Positions 53,101 through 63,362 of a stretch of 64,000 bases of DNA are shown piece by piece. The stretch's first letter is position 1; each line of letters starts with the position of its first letter. Below the pieces are notes generated by a model that saw only the letters and a program-made list of their open reading frames with translations, had not been told where the DNA came from and did not search any database. Both the position numbers and the translations under genes were made by a program. Source of the DNA: Lepidodermella squamata (taxonomy: Eukaryota; Animalia; Gastrotricha); NCBI GenBank assembly GCA_047495785.1, contig JBLDXI010000013.1, forward strand, positions 4,650,001 through 4,714,000, read 5' to 3'.

Positions 53101-54883
53101 TTTCACAATTTTGATGACCCGGAAGATATTAAAAAATCTCATGATTTTTCAATTTTTTGAAATTCCATTTCAAGTTTTGATTTTCATTCATAAGTGGTAG
53201 AGCTTCAAAATTCAATTTTTCCAATTTTTCAACTGTATTATTTTAATTTTAACTATACTTCAGGTCACTTTCATCAATGAAGAAACCGGCGAGTACCAAT
53301 TCTACGAGCTCCAGTTCAAATCGGTCCGAGGCTCCCCGCTCCAGACCATCCGCCTAACTACCCCAGTTCGCCTCGCAACTTTCCACTCACTCCTCCTCCA
53401 AAACCCACTCGCTAACGACGTCACTATGTCCGTAACAGCAACAGCCCAGGAACTTCAATTCCCGAGCCAGTTGACGTTGCCAGCCAAAAGCGAGGGAAAA
53501 CTGACGCTGGAGTACAAGCCATTGAAAGTCGGCGAGGTTCGCGGCAAACTAGAATTGTCGCACCCTGAACTTGGCGCCTACGTCTACGACCTGGTTCTCA
53601 ACGCAATAACGCCAGCGCCTGAGAAGCAGCTTGTTTTCACGACCAGTCTCGGCCAGTCTCAGGTTCAGCAGGCCGTTTTTCTGAATTTCGCGAAACAAAA
53701 AACGGAATATTCATGCAAAATCGAACACGCTGATTTCCACGTCGATAAAACGGTATCAGCAGCTGCGAGTACGCAGAACGCTGGTACGGAGGTTAGCATC
53801 GATGTGACATATGAGCCGAGCCAGCAGGGCGAAGTTCGAACGCAGATGTTGGTTTCATCGACGGTGGGCGGCGATTACGTGTTCCCGATTGTGGCGACCT
53901 GCACGCCGCCTAAGCCGCAGGGGCCGTTTGTAGTGTCGGCCGGCAGCCAGACGGCGATCATTTTCCGCAATGTTTTCCATCAGTCGGTCACGTTCAGCTT
54001 CCACGTTGACAATCCGCTGTTCCACGTGGCGAAAGCGACGGAAACTGTTCGAGCCGGCAAAGACTGCAGGTAAACATAATTTTTTTGAGAACTTTTTTAT
54101 TTTTCTTTTCCTATCGAGTCGCGCTATTTCGGTAGAGGAAAATTCGGGGATTAAAACAATCAACCCCCCATATTTTTATGATATACGGTTGCGGAGATAT
54201 TCCAGTTAAAAGTTGGTCACGTGACCTTACCTGTTGTCACACCTGAGTGATTATCTCAAAAACGGTGATAGCTAGGTAGCCGCTCTCAAAGAAAAAGGTC
54301 ATCAGCGGGATGATATCTACTTTGAAACACATCCACATTGGTGACAGGTGATAATAATTTTTGCGAAATCCATTTTGATGGCATGAGATAACTCTAGGCT
54401 CGTCACACTTTTTTATTCACTCTCAAAAAATTTGTTTTTTTTTGTTTTGAAAAACCGTCTGGCTGAATTGAGAGGTTTCAATGCCCAAGAAAGAGCTATT
54501 TAATTTTCCGTTGGCCAGGGTACCAGAAAACTGTACAACAGTCCCAATTTATAGCTCAACTTATTTCGATAGTGTTGAAACAATTTTCTTTTATTTTTCA
54601 GGATAATGATTGGTTTCGACGGGGTACAAGATGGGTCGCCATCGACTGGAAAACTGGTCATCGCAACGTCCGCAACGCCCCCACCTGCGGGCCCAACCGG
54701 AGGCGGTTCGCAGTCTGAGCGAGCAGCCGCAGCCGCAGCTGCAGCCGCTGGTATGTTCCATCTTTATTGTTTCGAATTTTCCGACATTTATATTTCAATA
54801 TTTTTCCAGCTGCTGCCGCCGCAGCTCAACAGCAAGCGATCGGTGCCAACCAATGGGTCTACTACCTGAGAGGGGTGTCGTAA
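32164..54883 (+). CDS. HYDIN: HYDIN axonemal central-pair protein, about 13 coding exons, about 5300 aa
   Basis: N-terminus GFKSKV...LLDMGDTSYQRFS...FQPFPSEIYFQKYKPFETYEIPLLFRNND; many ASH/PapD-like Ig repeats; adenylate-kinase-like GPPKSGRST segment; C-terminus WVYYLRGVS*. The exons follow the ORFs at 32164, 37601, 40730, 41745, 42177, 43520, 44258, 44705, 47756, 50881, 53426 and 54606, plus 54810-54883. Confidence 0.95.
39058..39405 (-). CDS. Small nested antisense gene, BH3-only-like tail-anchored protein (exons 39405-39376, 39324-39058; 98 aa)
   Basis: MNDGQFSPIQ, then a 51-nt gtaatt...tttcag intron, then ILQEIGAEFRRIVDDFH... with a C-terminal hydrophobic tail IYVNFAIIVLYFLIKRLCK. Confidence 0.5.
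40209..40563. mobile_element. Tc1/mariner-type MITE-like element; related sequence at about 10644-10857
   Basis: Degenerate TIRs tatagcgtgtcccataac and ttctgggacacgctctgta with TA ends. The internal aaccggg..aaat.ccgaaaattaccgaacc...ttcttcggttaaatcgcg is shared with the last GPCR intron. Confidence 0.5.
46813..47126 (-). CDS. Secreted repeat-peptide precursor, copy B, nested antisense in a HYDIN intron (exons 47126-47094, 47034-46813; 84 aa)
   Basis: MNKVLDAMLLI, then a 59-nt gtaagt...tctcag intron, then AAVAVWSANPASSIRAAWNAPSARLSLEEPTARLSIDEPSARLSLEEPSARLLLDGSPDNPQLAIKGNIKGGR*. TATAAA lies at 47194-47199. Confidence 0.8.
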
Positions 54884-55227
54884 GGAAACATCCTGAAGGA
54901 AAACTTACCAACAAAATTGATCTCATTCATTATACTCCAACTGTGATATCATTTTTAATAACAAATCCATTCATTATAAATGATTTTATTGCAACGTATG
55001 TATTGCTTATAATCTTAGCGATTTTAAAATGATAGGTAACACTGCTTATGATTTTCTCTGAGCAACACGATACTGTGATTTTTGACTGATGGTATACTTA
55101 TACAAAGATCAAACAGGCGTCTGTCATTTGAAATATTCGTAATATATTTAAAATAAAGCAATTGCTTATCTATCCAGTAAAATGACCAGAAATGCGAACA
55201 CGTCTAATTTCTGTTTAAAATAATGCC

Positions 55228-55500
55228 TCATACGTCTTCTACTTTCCTGAACCTCAACCAGTCAGGTACAGTAAAATCGTCCAGGGAAAAGTTCTCAGTA
55301 GAGTTCGAGGAACAAGGCCTGTTAAGGAACTGACCGCCGATTCGGAACCAGTTCCGCCAGATTCAACATTATTGAGATACAGCACAAGCATTGAGATACA
55401 GCATAAGAGTCGCCAATCGACCGCCCAACTCCCTGTTTTCAACTTTCGAGGAGAAGTAGTCAGAATGAGGCCTGTAATGGCCTCCTATACCGTAATTTCC
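55228..55500 (-). pseudogene. Prolyl 4-hydroxylase alpha catalytic-domain remnant
   Basis: GNYGIGGHYRPHSDYF...GGRLATLMLYLN, then a duplicated tgctgtatctcaa (frameshift), LYLNNVESGG, and a deletion to WFRIGGQFLNRPC...KVEDV*. Confidence 0.85.
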
Positions 55501-55988
55501 ATCTTGGAATCAAGGTTTGTGTAGTTCAGTTTAACATACATAAACATAATTCGACGCTCAAAATTGAAAAGTAACCTATCAGATTGTTCTAATGATAAAT
55601 GTGCCACAAATAAGCGATGATAGTCTTGATTTTGAGTCATGAATAGCTTGAATGATTGAATAATTTCCCCACGTTTTCGACGATCTCTGAATTTTTCGCT
55701 GAAAATTTGAACGAAGGAAATTGAAGTTCACTTTGCAAGATGCCCACCACAAACTTTATTAAAATACCATTCACTCGGATCAATTCAATTGAATAATTTA
55801 CCAACACCATCAAACATGATATGCTAGGCACGAAATTCACGATTTTACGAAGTGGCTGACGCTAAAACCCCACACTGGTTTCTCTAAAGCTAACGTTGAT
55901 AAATATATATAGTACTCATTATTTCACGCAACGATTGCTCTCAGGTTTTCGTAATGCTCGTCCTCTATTGGCGGTCTTAAGGCGGTCC

Positions 55989-56907
55989 TCAGGGTACCTC
56001 GATGGAGAGACGAGCTGAGGGTTCCCCAACCGCGAGACGTGCTGAAGGTTCCTCGATGGAGAGACGAGCTGTGGGTTCCCCAACCGCGAGACGGGCTGAA
56101 GGTTCCTCAATCGAGAGACGAGCTGAGGGTTCCCCAACTGCTAGACGAGCTGAGGGTTCCCCAACCGCGAGACGGGCTGAAGGTTCCTCAATCGAGAGAC
56201 GAGCTGAGGGTTCCCCAACCGCGAGACGGGCTGAAGGTTCCCCAACCGCTAGACGAGCTGAGGGTTCCCCAACCGCGAGACGGGCTGAAGGTTCCTCGAT
56301 GGAGAGACGAGCTGTGGGTTCCCCAACCGCGAGACGGGCTGAAGGTTCCTCGATGGAGAGACGAGCTGTGGGTTCCCCAACCGCGAGACGGGCTGAAGGT
56401 TCCTCGATGGAGAGACGAGCTGAGGGTTCCCCAACCGCGAGACGTGCTGAAGGTTCCTCGATGGAGAGACGAGCTGTGGGTTCCCCAACCGCGAGACGGG
56501 CTGAAGGTTCCTCGATGGAGAGACGAGCTGTGGGTTCCCCAACCGCGAGACGGGCTGAAGGTTCCTCGATGGAGAGACGAGCTGTGGGTTCCCCAACCGC
56601 GAGACGGGCTGAAGGTTCCTCGATGGAGAGACGAGCTGTGGGTTCCCCAACCGCGAGACGGGCTGAAGGTTCCTCGATGGAGAGACGAGCTGAGGGTTCC
56701 CCAACCGCGAGACGGGCTGAAGGTTCCTCGATGGAGAGACGAGCTGAAGGTTCCTCAATCGAGAGACGAGCTGAGCCAGTTGGATTCGCGCTCGTGGACC
56801 ACACAGCTACTGCGGCCTGAGAAAATTACCTAGTTTTACAACAAAACATGAACCTATCACGGAATGAAACTTACTACTAGCAGCATTGAAACCAAACGCT
56901 TGTTCAT
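55989..56907 (-). CDS. Secreted repeat-peptide precursor, copy C (exons 56907-56875, 56816-55989; 286 aa)
   Basis: MNKRLVSMLLV, then a 58-nt gtaagt...tctcag intron, then AAVAVWSTSANPTG and 29 nine-residue units (S/T)ARL(SIE/AVG)EP. TATAAA lies at 56982-56987. Confidence 0.85.
55992..56774 (-). repeat. 27-bp coding tandem repeat, mostly alternating as 54-bp pairs
   Basis: The SARLSIEEP and SARLAVGEP/TARL units are visible in the DNA and in several open frames. Confidence 0.97.
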
Positions 56908-57596
56908 TCTGCTAGAAGTGGATTTAAGAGTAAGAGAAATACAAAATTGAAATGATGAAATATGCATTCGTTACCCCCAATTTTATAAGCCTGACTGATT
57001 CAACCTTGCATCTGTATAAATATTCCTGATGTTTCACGTGAAATTCACCTTTTGTTCACATGTGAAATCATCAACGGGCGAAATTGAAGGCTTACTGTCA
57101 GTTAGTATGGCTATTTACATTGTTAGCGTTAACTTGGTAAATTTTCTGACGCAATATTTATGCTTATAAAACTTTCTCGAACTTTGAACGGGGATAGCTT
57201 TCGCATCCCTTCTCATACGGCTCCTTTCAATATTTACTCAAGATTCAATTATGATGAATTATATCTTGTTTAAAAATTGTCTTCTTGACTCGATAACAGC
57301 GAAATTCTACTTGCTTGTACACGTTTTTCGAGCTGAGAAGCGCGATAATTTTGCTCCTGTTAACCTAGCTCCTTTCAATATTTACTGAATAGTCAAATAA
57401 AATACATCCGCTGTAAGAATTGTCTTCCCCGCAGGAATAATTAATTAATCAGGTTAATCTAATCTCTAGGGCAGGAATAATAATATGATAATAACATTAT
57501 CATAATATTATTATATCAAGTTTTCAGCATGCAAAAATTGATGATTAAATTGAATGCTTATATAATTATGAACTTGGACAATTTTTTCCATTTCAG

Positions 57597-58541
57597 ACCC
57601 TCCTGATCGAGATAACCGACCGCGACCCTGGCAACAACCCCGGCGGTATCCCGTACCGCCTCGTTGCCGAAGGTTGTGCGCCAACCATCAACAATTCCGA
57701 CTACCGCGACGTCTTGGAAGAGCGCACCATCATCAAAAGCATTATGGTCTCAGTGTCAGGACAAGCGAGTCTCAGTGATAAAACCGACGATTTTGAATAA
57801 ACGAGGCCAACCCGCTTTAATTTTCCGCCGGACCCTGCTAGGGTGTTCAGACGAGGCGACGTTCGAGCCGTCAAACGACGGAACTCTACCATCGAAAGTC
57901 ACGATTGATATAACCGACCCAGTCTCGTGTTTCCGGGTCGAATCCCTCCAACCGACCCCGCTGGAAATTACCGAAATCACCGATGATTCACCCCCAGTTA
58001 CAGCCTCAAAGACAAAAGCGATAACTGAGACAGTCTTAGTCGGAAAAACTGCGTTGTATAAGGTGATTTTCACGCCAACCAGCGCTGTTCGTTCGATAGG
58101 CGGGGTGCGGATTCGCGTTGAAGATAACCCATACGAAGACACGGTTATCCAGCTGATCGGCGAGTCTTACGACGAGAATCACAGACGCGCCCTCGCCCCC
58201 GCCGAAAATCAGATTCGCCCCACTTGACCTGGGCGATATTTACGGGAATATCTAACTCCACGTGTCGAACGCGAATCCTGAAAACAGAATTTTTCATACA
58301 ATCGCGGTTAAGCGAGGGGTTTGCTGCCGTGGTGTCACTTCGAGTTACCGGATTGTGAGTATTTAGTCAAGCGGAATATTAAGCTACTCAGGCCTCAGGG
58401 CCTGCCCGCCGACAGCCGGGCTCCTAGCTGGACCCTAAAACCCGCGCGATTGAGTTCAGCGTAGCCGGGGTCAGAATTACTACAGCCAAAATTATCTCTG
58501 TTTTGAACCCGACGAATAAACGGTACCACTTCGAATGGGTC
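57597..58541 (+). pseudogene. Internally deleted duplicate of HYDIN exon 47792-50671
   Basis: Nearly identical to 47792-47940, 48377-48787 and about 49750-50077, joined across deletions and carrying frameshifts. Confidence 0.92.
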
Positions 58542-58720
58542 AGCACTGATACACTGATACACTGATTTATTTTTGCAATTTGTCTCGCGACGTTTAGCAA
58601 TTAAAAAGGGTCGAGGCGCCTCACCACTGATATAGTATATTGTTCTAGTTCACAGGCAATGCTTCTAGTATATTTTACGAAATTAAAATGAGAGCTATTT
58701 ACGACCTCACAGGGTATAGA

Positions 58721-59257
58721 CGCAGCTCAACAGCAAGCGATCGGTGCCAACCAATGGGTCTACTATACCTGAGAGGGGTGTCGTAAGGAAACATCCTGAT
58801 GGAAAACTTACCAACAATATTGATCTCATTCATTATACTCCAACTGTGATATCATTTTTAATAACAAATCCATTCATTATAAATGATTTTATTGCAACGT
58901 ATGTATTGCTTATAATCTTAGCGATTTTAAAATGATAGGTAACACTGCTTATGATTTTCTCTGAGCAACACGATACTGTGATTTTTGACTGATGGTATAC
59001 TTATACAAAGATCAAACAGGCGTCTGTCATTTGAAATATTCGTAATATATTTAAAATAAAGCAATTGCTCCTTATCTATCCAGTAAAATGACCAGAAATG
59101 CGAACACGTCTAATTTCTGTTTAAAATAATGCCTCATACGTCTTCTACTTTCCTGAACCTCAACCAGTCAGGTACAGTAAAATCGTCCAGGGAAAAGTTC
59201 TCAGTAGTTTTTGAGGAACAAGGCCTGTAAAGGAATTGGCCGCCGATTCGGAACCAT
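58721..59257 (+). repeat. Near-identical duplicate of the HYDIN last exon, 3' UTR and adjoining P4H 3' end (about 54820-55350)
   Basis: cgcagctcaacagcaagcgatcggtgccaaccaatgggtctacta... through ...ccgccgattcggaacca occurs in both places. Confidence 0.95.
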
Positions 59258-59988
59258 TTGTTAGTCACCCATTTTTCACCCCGCAAAACTGGACATCCGC
59301 TGTGGAGCGTCCGCTCATCTGCCACCTCGTTTTTGCGATAGTTGTACCAGAAAATACCGGCCTTCTTAGGAATAAAATCATGCCATAACACGACAAGCGG
59401 GTCCAAGTTGATAACTTCTTCCTTCACTGGTGATAGAATCAGCAAAGGATGCCGACCTCTGTCATCGTAGCGGCAGAAGCGTTTCGGGTCTCTCGCGAGG
59501 GCTTTTAGCTGCACATTTGCTTCGCCATCTCGACATATCTCGTACTCTGATGTCGCTGCTAATTTCTCGGCCGCGGACATCCTTTCCTCCAGAGGCTTTG
59601 TGTCGAAGTCATTTGGCTCGGCAGGTGTTTTCACCTGGGACATGTAGTAATTCTTCCAAGAAGTCAGGTGTTTTAGCAAGTTATCATCGGTTCTTGGCAT
59701 CTTGTTTAATGCAAGGTTGCAAAGGAAAAGAGCCTCCAATTTTTTACCAAGGCCGAATGCGGCGTACTGCATGTAGTCGAGGATTTCCGATTCTCGTATC
59801 GAGCCAATTTCGCTGGCATATGTACTGTTGAAAACTCGCCAAGCATTGAGCGCTGCTGCGTAGAGTTCTTCGAACTTCTTGGCATCTGACAGTTCCTGCA
59901 ACGGTTTGTACGCTTCGTAGAGTTCAGTTGAAGTTTCTGAACCAGTTGACAACTTGAACGTTAGCAAAAGGATGAGGGCAATACTCAT
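59134..59988 (-). CDS. Intronless prolyl 4-hydroxylase alpha-like ORF with an internal deletion of the HxD region
   Basis: Signal peptide; TPR-like substrate-binding segment ILDYMQYAAFGLG; YEICR...FCRY...LILSPVKEE...WHDFI fused directly to AGIFWYN...RTLHSGCPVLRGEKWVTNKWFR. There is no HxD motif, so it is probably catalytically dead. Confidence 0.8.
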   Translation of the reverse strand: MSIALILLLTFKLSTGSETSTELYEAYKPLQELSDAKKFEELYAAALNAWRVFNSTYASEIGSIRESEILDYMQYAAFGLGKKLEALFLCNLALNKMPRTDDNLLKHLTSWKNYYMSQVKTPAEPNDFDTKPLEERMSAAEKLAATSEYEICRDGEANVQLKALARDPKRFCRYDDRGRHPLLILSPVKEEVINLDPLVVLWHDFIPKKAGIFWYNYRKNEVADERTLHSGCPVLRGEKWVTNKWFRIGGQFLYRPCSSKTTENFSLDDFTVPDWLRFRKVEDV

Positions 59989-60053
59989 TGTAAAAACTTG
60001 ATAACCAGATTTTTGGAGTACTAATGGTTGATGAAATTGAGCACTATAAGTTT

Positions 60054-60098
60054 ATATCCAACGTTTCGGTTATTTTCCATAACCTTCTTCAAGGATAT
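60054..60098 (-). ncRNA. Minimal type I hammerhead-like motif (C3U variant); copies at 61741-61785 and 63428-63472
   Basis: RNA reads AUAUCC-UUGAAGA-A-GGUUAU-GGAAA-AUAACC-GAAACGUU-GGAUAU, giving a 6-bp stem I, a 6-bp stem II and a palindromic ACGU stem III. Confidence 0.55.
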
Positions 60099-60294
60099 CA
60101 AGGGTAACATTTCCGCATGAAGTTGATATTATAAAATTAAGGCGGAAATTTTAAATTAGCGTTAGTGAGGATTATAAGCCTAATCTGATCCAGTAAGTTG
60201 AGCTATTCTAACTAAAATTTTCTCGGCTTGTTCGACTGCACTTCTCATGAAAGATGGACTCCGTGAAGAGTTTCGCCTTAATCGAATCGAATTG

Positions 60295-60339
60295 GTATCC
60301 CTGAAGATGGTTATGAAAAAGAACCGAAACGTTGGATAT
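60295..60339 (+). ncRNA. Minimal type I hammerhead-like motif; copies at 61982-62026 and 63669-63713
   Basis: RNA reads GUAUCC-CUGAAGA-U-GGUU-AUGAAAAAG-AACC-GAAACGUU-GGAUAU, with a CUGANGA/GAAA core and GUU cleavage triplet. Confidence 0.6.
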
Positions 60340-60916
60340 AAACTTATAGCGCCCAATCTCTTTGTAAAAGGATGTATAATAGGTACTAATAGTCAGTAAT
60401 TTTTACATCTTTGCGCCCGAATGAATTTTTTAACCGCTATTTGTTGAATCACCTGCCTGTGTTATTGAATGATGACTGCGTAGAGTTCTTACATCTTTGT
60501 AGTCCGTTAACGCACGCAGCGAACCTATCTGAAGGATGGCGGTCATTACAAAGCATGACAATGGACGGCACCGCAAATAATAAGACTCTCAAGGAGAACT
60601 CGGCGAGCTTCATAGTATCTGAGGATGGAAAAGGCTGAAACGATCGAATTACTTGTGGTCTAATATTTCTCACCTTCAGTTCTATGTATCAGGTGCTTCA
60701 CCAAATCTCAACTTTTTCATATCAATATTGATGTAACATTGCTCTCACAATTTTTAAGTGCTATGCTATGCTTGCGCTTGGATTTCAGGATAGATGAGCG
60801 ATCAGTATGTGAAGGATCCAGCCTATAAATTCATGTCAATCTTGCAGTTTCTCTCGAAATTCTCGCCGGCAAATATAACGTGAACGCTCATATGATGGAT
60901 CGCCCTTCTGGCACTA

Positions 60917-61675
60917 TCAGACCCCAGAAAGTTTGGAAACGCCCAACAAGCTGCCGGTGCTCAGCCGAGGGACTAACAAGTATGGCAAAGAGTTAAAGCA
61001 GGCTTGTCGAAATTTAGCCGTTGCTTTTTCGATCAGCTGTGTGCCGTACTTCTTAGGAATAAAATCATGCCATAACACGACAAGCGGGTCCAAGTTGATA
61101 ACTTCTTCCTTCACTGGTGATAGAATCAGCAAAGGATGCCGACCTCTGTCATCGTAGCGGCAGAAGCGTTTCGGGTCTCTCGCGAGGGCTTTTAGCTGCA
61201 CATTTGCTTCGCCATCTCGACATATCTCGTACTCTGATGTCGCTGCTAATTTCTCGGCCGCGGACATCCTTTCCTCCAGAGGCTTTGTGTCGAAGTCATT
61301 TGGCTCGGCAGGTGTTTTCACCTGGGACATGTAGTAATTCTTCCAAGAAGTCAGGTGTTTTAGCAAGTTATCATCGGTTCTTGGCATCTTGTTTAATGCA
61401 AGGTTGCAAAGGAAAAGAGCCTCCAATTTTTTACCAAGGCCGAATGCGGCGTACTGCATGTAGTCGAGGATTTCCGATTCTCGTATCGAGCCAATTTCGC
61501 TGGCATATGTACTGTTGAAAACTCGCCAAGCATTGAGCGCTGCTGCGTAGAGTTCTTCGAACTTCTTGGCATCTGACAGTTCCTGCAACGGTTTGTACGC
61601 TTCGTAGAGTTCAGTTGAAGTTTCTGAACCAGTTGACAACTTGAACGTTAGCAAAAGGATGAGGGCAATACTCAT
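60917..61675 (-). CDS. C-terminally truncated P4H-alpha-like ORF (array copy 2)
   Basis: Identical to the 59134 ORF up to WHDFIPKK, then YGTQLIEKATAKFRQA and an unrelated tail. The catalytic domain is missing. Confidence 0.7.
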   Translation of the reverse strand: MSIALILLLTFKLSTGSETSTELYEAYKPLQELSDAKKFEELYAAALNAWRVFNSTYASEIGSIRESEILDYMQYAAFGLGKKLEALFLCNLALNKMPRTDDNLLKHLTSWKNYYMSQVKTPAEPNDFDTKPLEERMSAAEKLAATSEYEICRDGEANVQLKALARDPKRFCRYDDRGRHPLLILSPVKEEVINLDPLVVLWHDFIPKKYGTQLIEKATAKFRQACFNSLPYLLVPRLSTGSLLGVSKLSGV

Positions 61676-62603
61676 TGTAAAAACTTGATAACCAGATTTT
61701 TGGAGTACTAATGGTTGATGAAATTGAGCACTATAAGTTTATATCCAACGTTTCGGTTATTTTCCATAACCTTCTTCAAGGATATCAAGGGTAACATTTC
61801 CGCATGAAGTTGATATTATAAAATTAAGGCGGAAATTTTAAATTAGCGTTAGTGAGGATTATAAGCCTAATCTGATCCAGTAAGTTGAGCTATTCTAACT
61901 AAAATTTTCTCGGCTTGTTCGACTGCACTTCTCATGAAAGATGGACTCCGTGAAGAGTTTCGCCTTAATCGAATCGAATTGGTATCCCTGAAGATGGTTA
62001 TGAAAAAGAACCGAAACGTTGGATATAAACTTATAGCGCCCAATCTCTTTGTAAAAGGATGTATAATAGGTACTAATAGTCAGTAATTTTTACATCTTTG
62101 CGCCCGAATGAATTTTTTAACCGCTATTTGTTGAATCACCTGCCTGTGTTATTGAATGATGACTGCGTAGAGTTCTTACATCTTTGTAGTCCGTTAACGC
62201 ACGCAGCGAACCTATCTGAAGGATGGCGGTCATTACAAAGCATGACAATGGACGGCACCGCAAATAATAAGACTCTCAAGGAGAACTCGGCGAGCTTCAT
62301 AGTATCTGAGGATGGAAAAGGCTGAAACGATCGAATTACTTGTGGTCTAATATTTCTCACCTTCAGTTCTATGTATCAGGTGCTTCACCAAATCTCAACT
62401 TTTTCATATCAATATTGATGTAACATTGCTCTCACAATTTTTAAGTGCTATGCTATGCTTGCGCTTGGATTTCAGGATAGATGAGCGATCAGTATGTGAA
62501 GGATCCAGCCTATAAATTCATGTCAATCTTGCAGTTTCTCTCGAAATTCTCGCCGGCAAATATAACGTGAACGCTCATATGATGGATCGCCCTTCTGGCA
62601 CTA

Positions 62604-63362
62604 TCAGACCCCAGAAAGTTTGGAAACGCCCAACAAGCTGCCGGTGCTCAGCCGAGGGACTAACAAGTATGGCAAAGAGTTAAAGCAGGCTTGTCGAAAT
62701 TTAGCCGTTGCTTTTTCGATCAGCTGTGTGCCGTACTTCTTAGGAATAAAATCATGCCATAACACGACAAGCGGGTCCAAGTTGATAACTTCTTCCTTCA
62801 CTGGTGATAGAATCAGCAAAGGATGCCGACCTCTGTCATCGTAGCGGCAGAAGCGTTTCGGGTCTCTCGCGAGGGCTTTTAGCTGCACATTTGCTTCGCC
62901 ATCTCGACATATCTCGTACTCTGATGTCGCTGCTAATTTCTCGGCCGCGGACATCCTTTCCTCCAGAGGCTTTGTGTCGAAGTCATTTGGCTCGGCAGGT
63001 GTTTTCACCTGGGACATGTAGTAATTCTTCCAAGAAGTCAGGTGTTTTAGCAAGTTATCATCGGTTCTTGGCATCTTGTTTAATGCAAGGTTGCAAAGGA
63101 AAAGAGCCTCCAATTTTTTACCAAGGCCGAATGCGGCGTACTGCATGTAGTCGAGGATTTCCGATTCTCGTATCGAGCCAATTTCGCTGGCATATGTACT
63201 GTTGAAAACTCGCCAAGCATTGAGCGCTGCTGCGTAGAGTTCTTCGAACTTCTTGGCATCTGACAGTTCCTGCAACGGTTTGTACGCTTCGTAGAGTTCA
63301 GTTGAAGTTTCTGAACCAGTTGACAACTTGAACGTTAGCAAAAGGATGAGGGCAATACTCAT
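62604..63362 (-). CDS. C-terminally truncated P4H-alpha-like ORF (array copy 3)
   Basis: Its translation is identical to 60917-61675. Confidence 0.7.
   Translation of the reverse strand: MSIALILLLTFKLSTGSETSTELYEAYKPLQELSDAKKFEELYAAALNAWRVFNSTYASEIGSIRESEILDYMQYAAFGLGKKLEALFLCNLALNKMPRTDDNLLKHLTSWKNYYMSQVKTPAEPNDFDTKPLEERMSAAEKLAATSEYEICRDGEANVQLKALARDPKRFCRYDDRGRHPLLILSPVKEEVINLDPLVVLWHDFIPKKYGTQLIEKATAKFRQACFNSLPYLLVPRLSTGSLLGVSKLSGV

Noticed and set aside
32375-54209. Many short antisense and alternate-frame ORFs inside HYDIN exons
   Set aside because: These are expected shadows of long coding exons.
56002-56833. Plus-strand and alternate-frame ORFs over the 27-bp repeat (also 46829-47038)
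   Set aside because: They are antisense or shifted shadows with no signal exon or promoter support.
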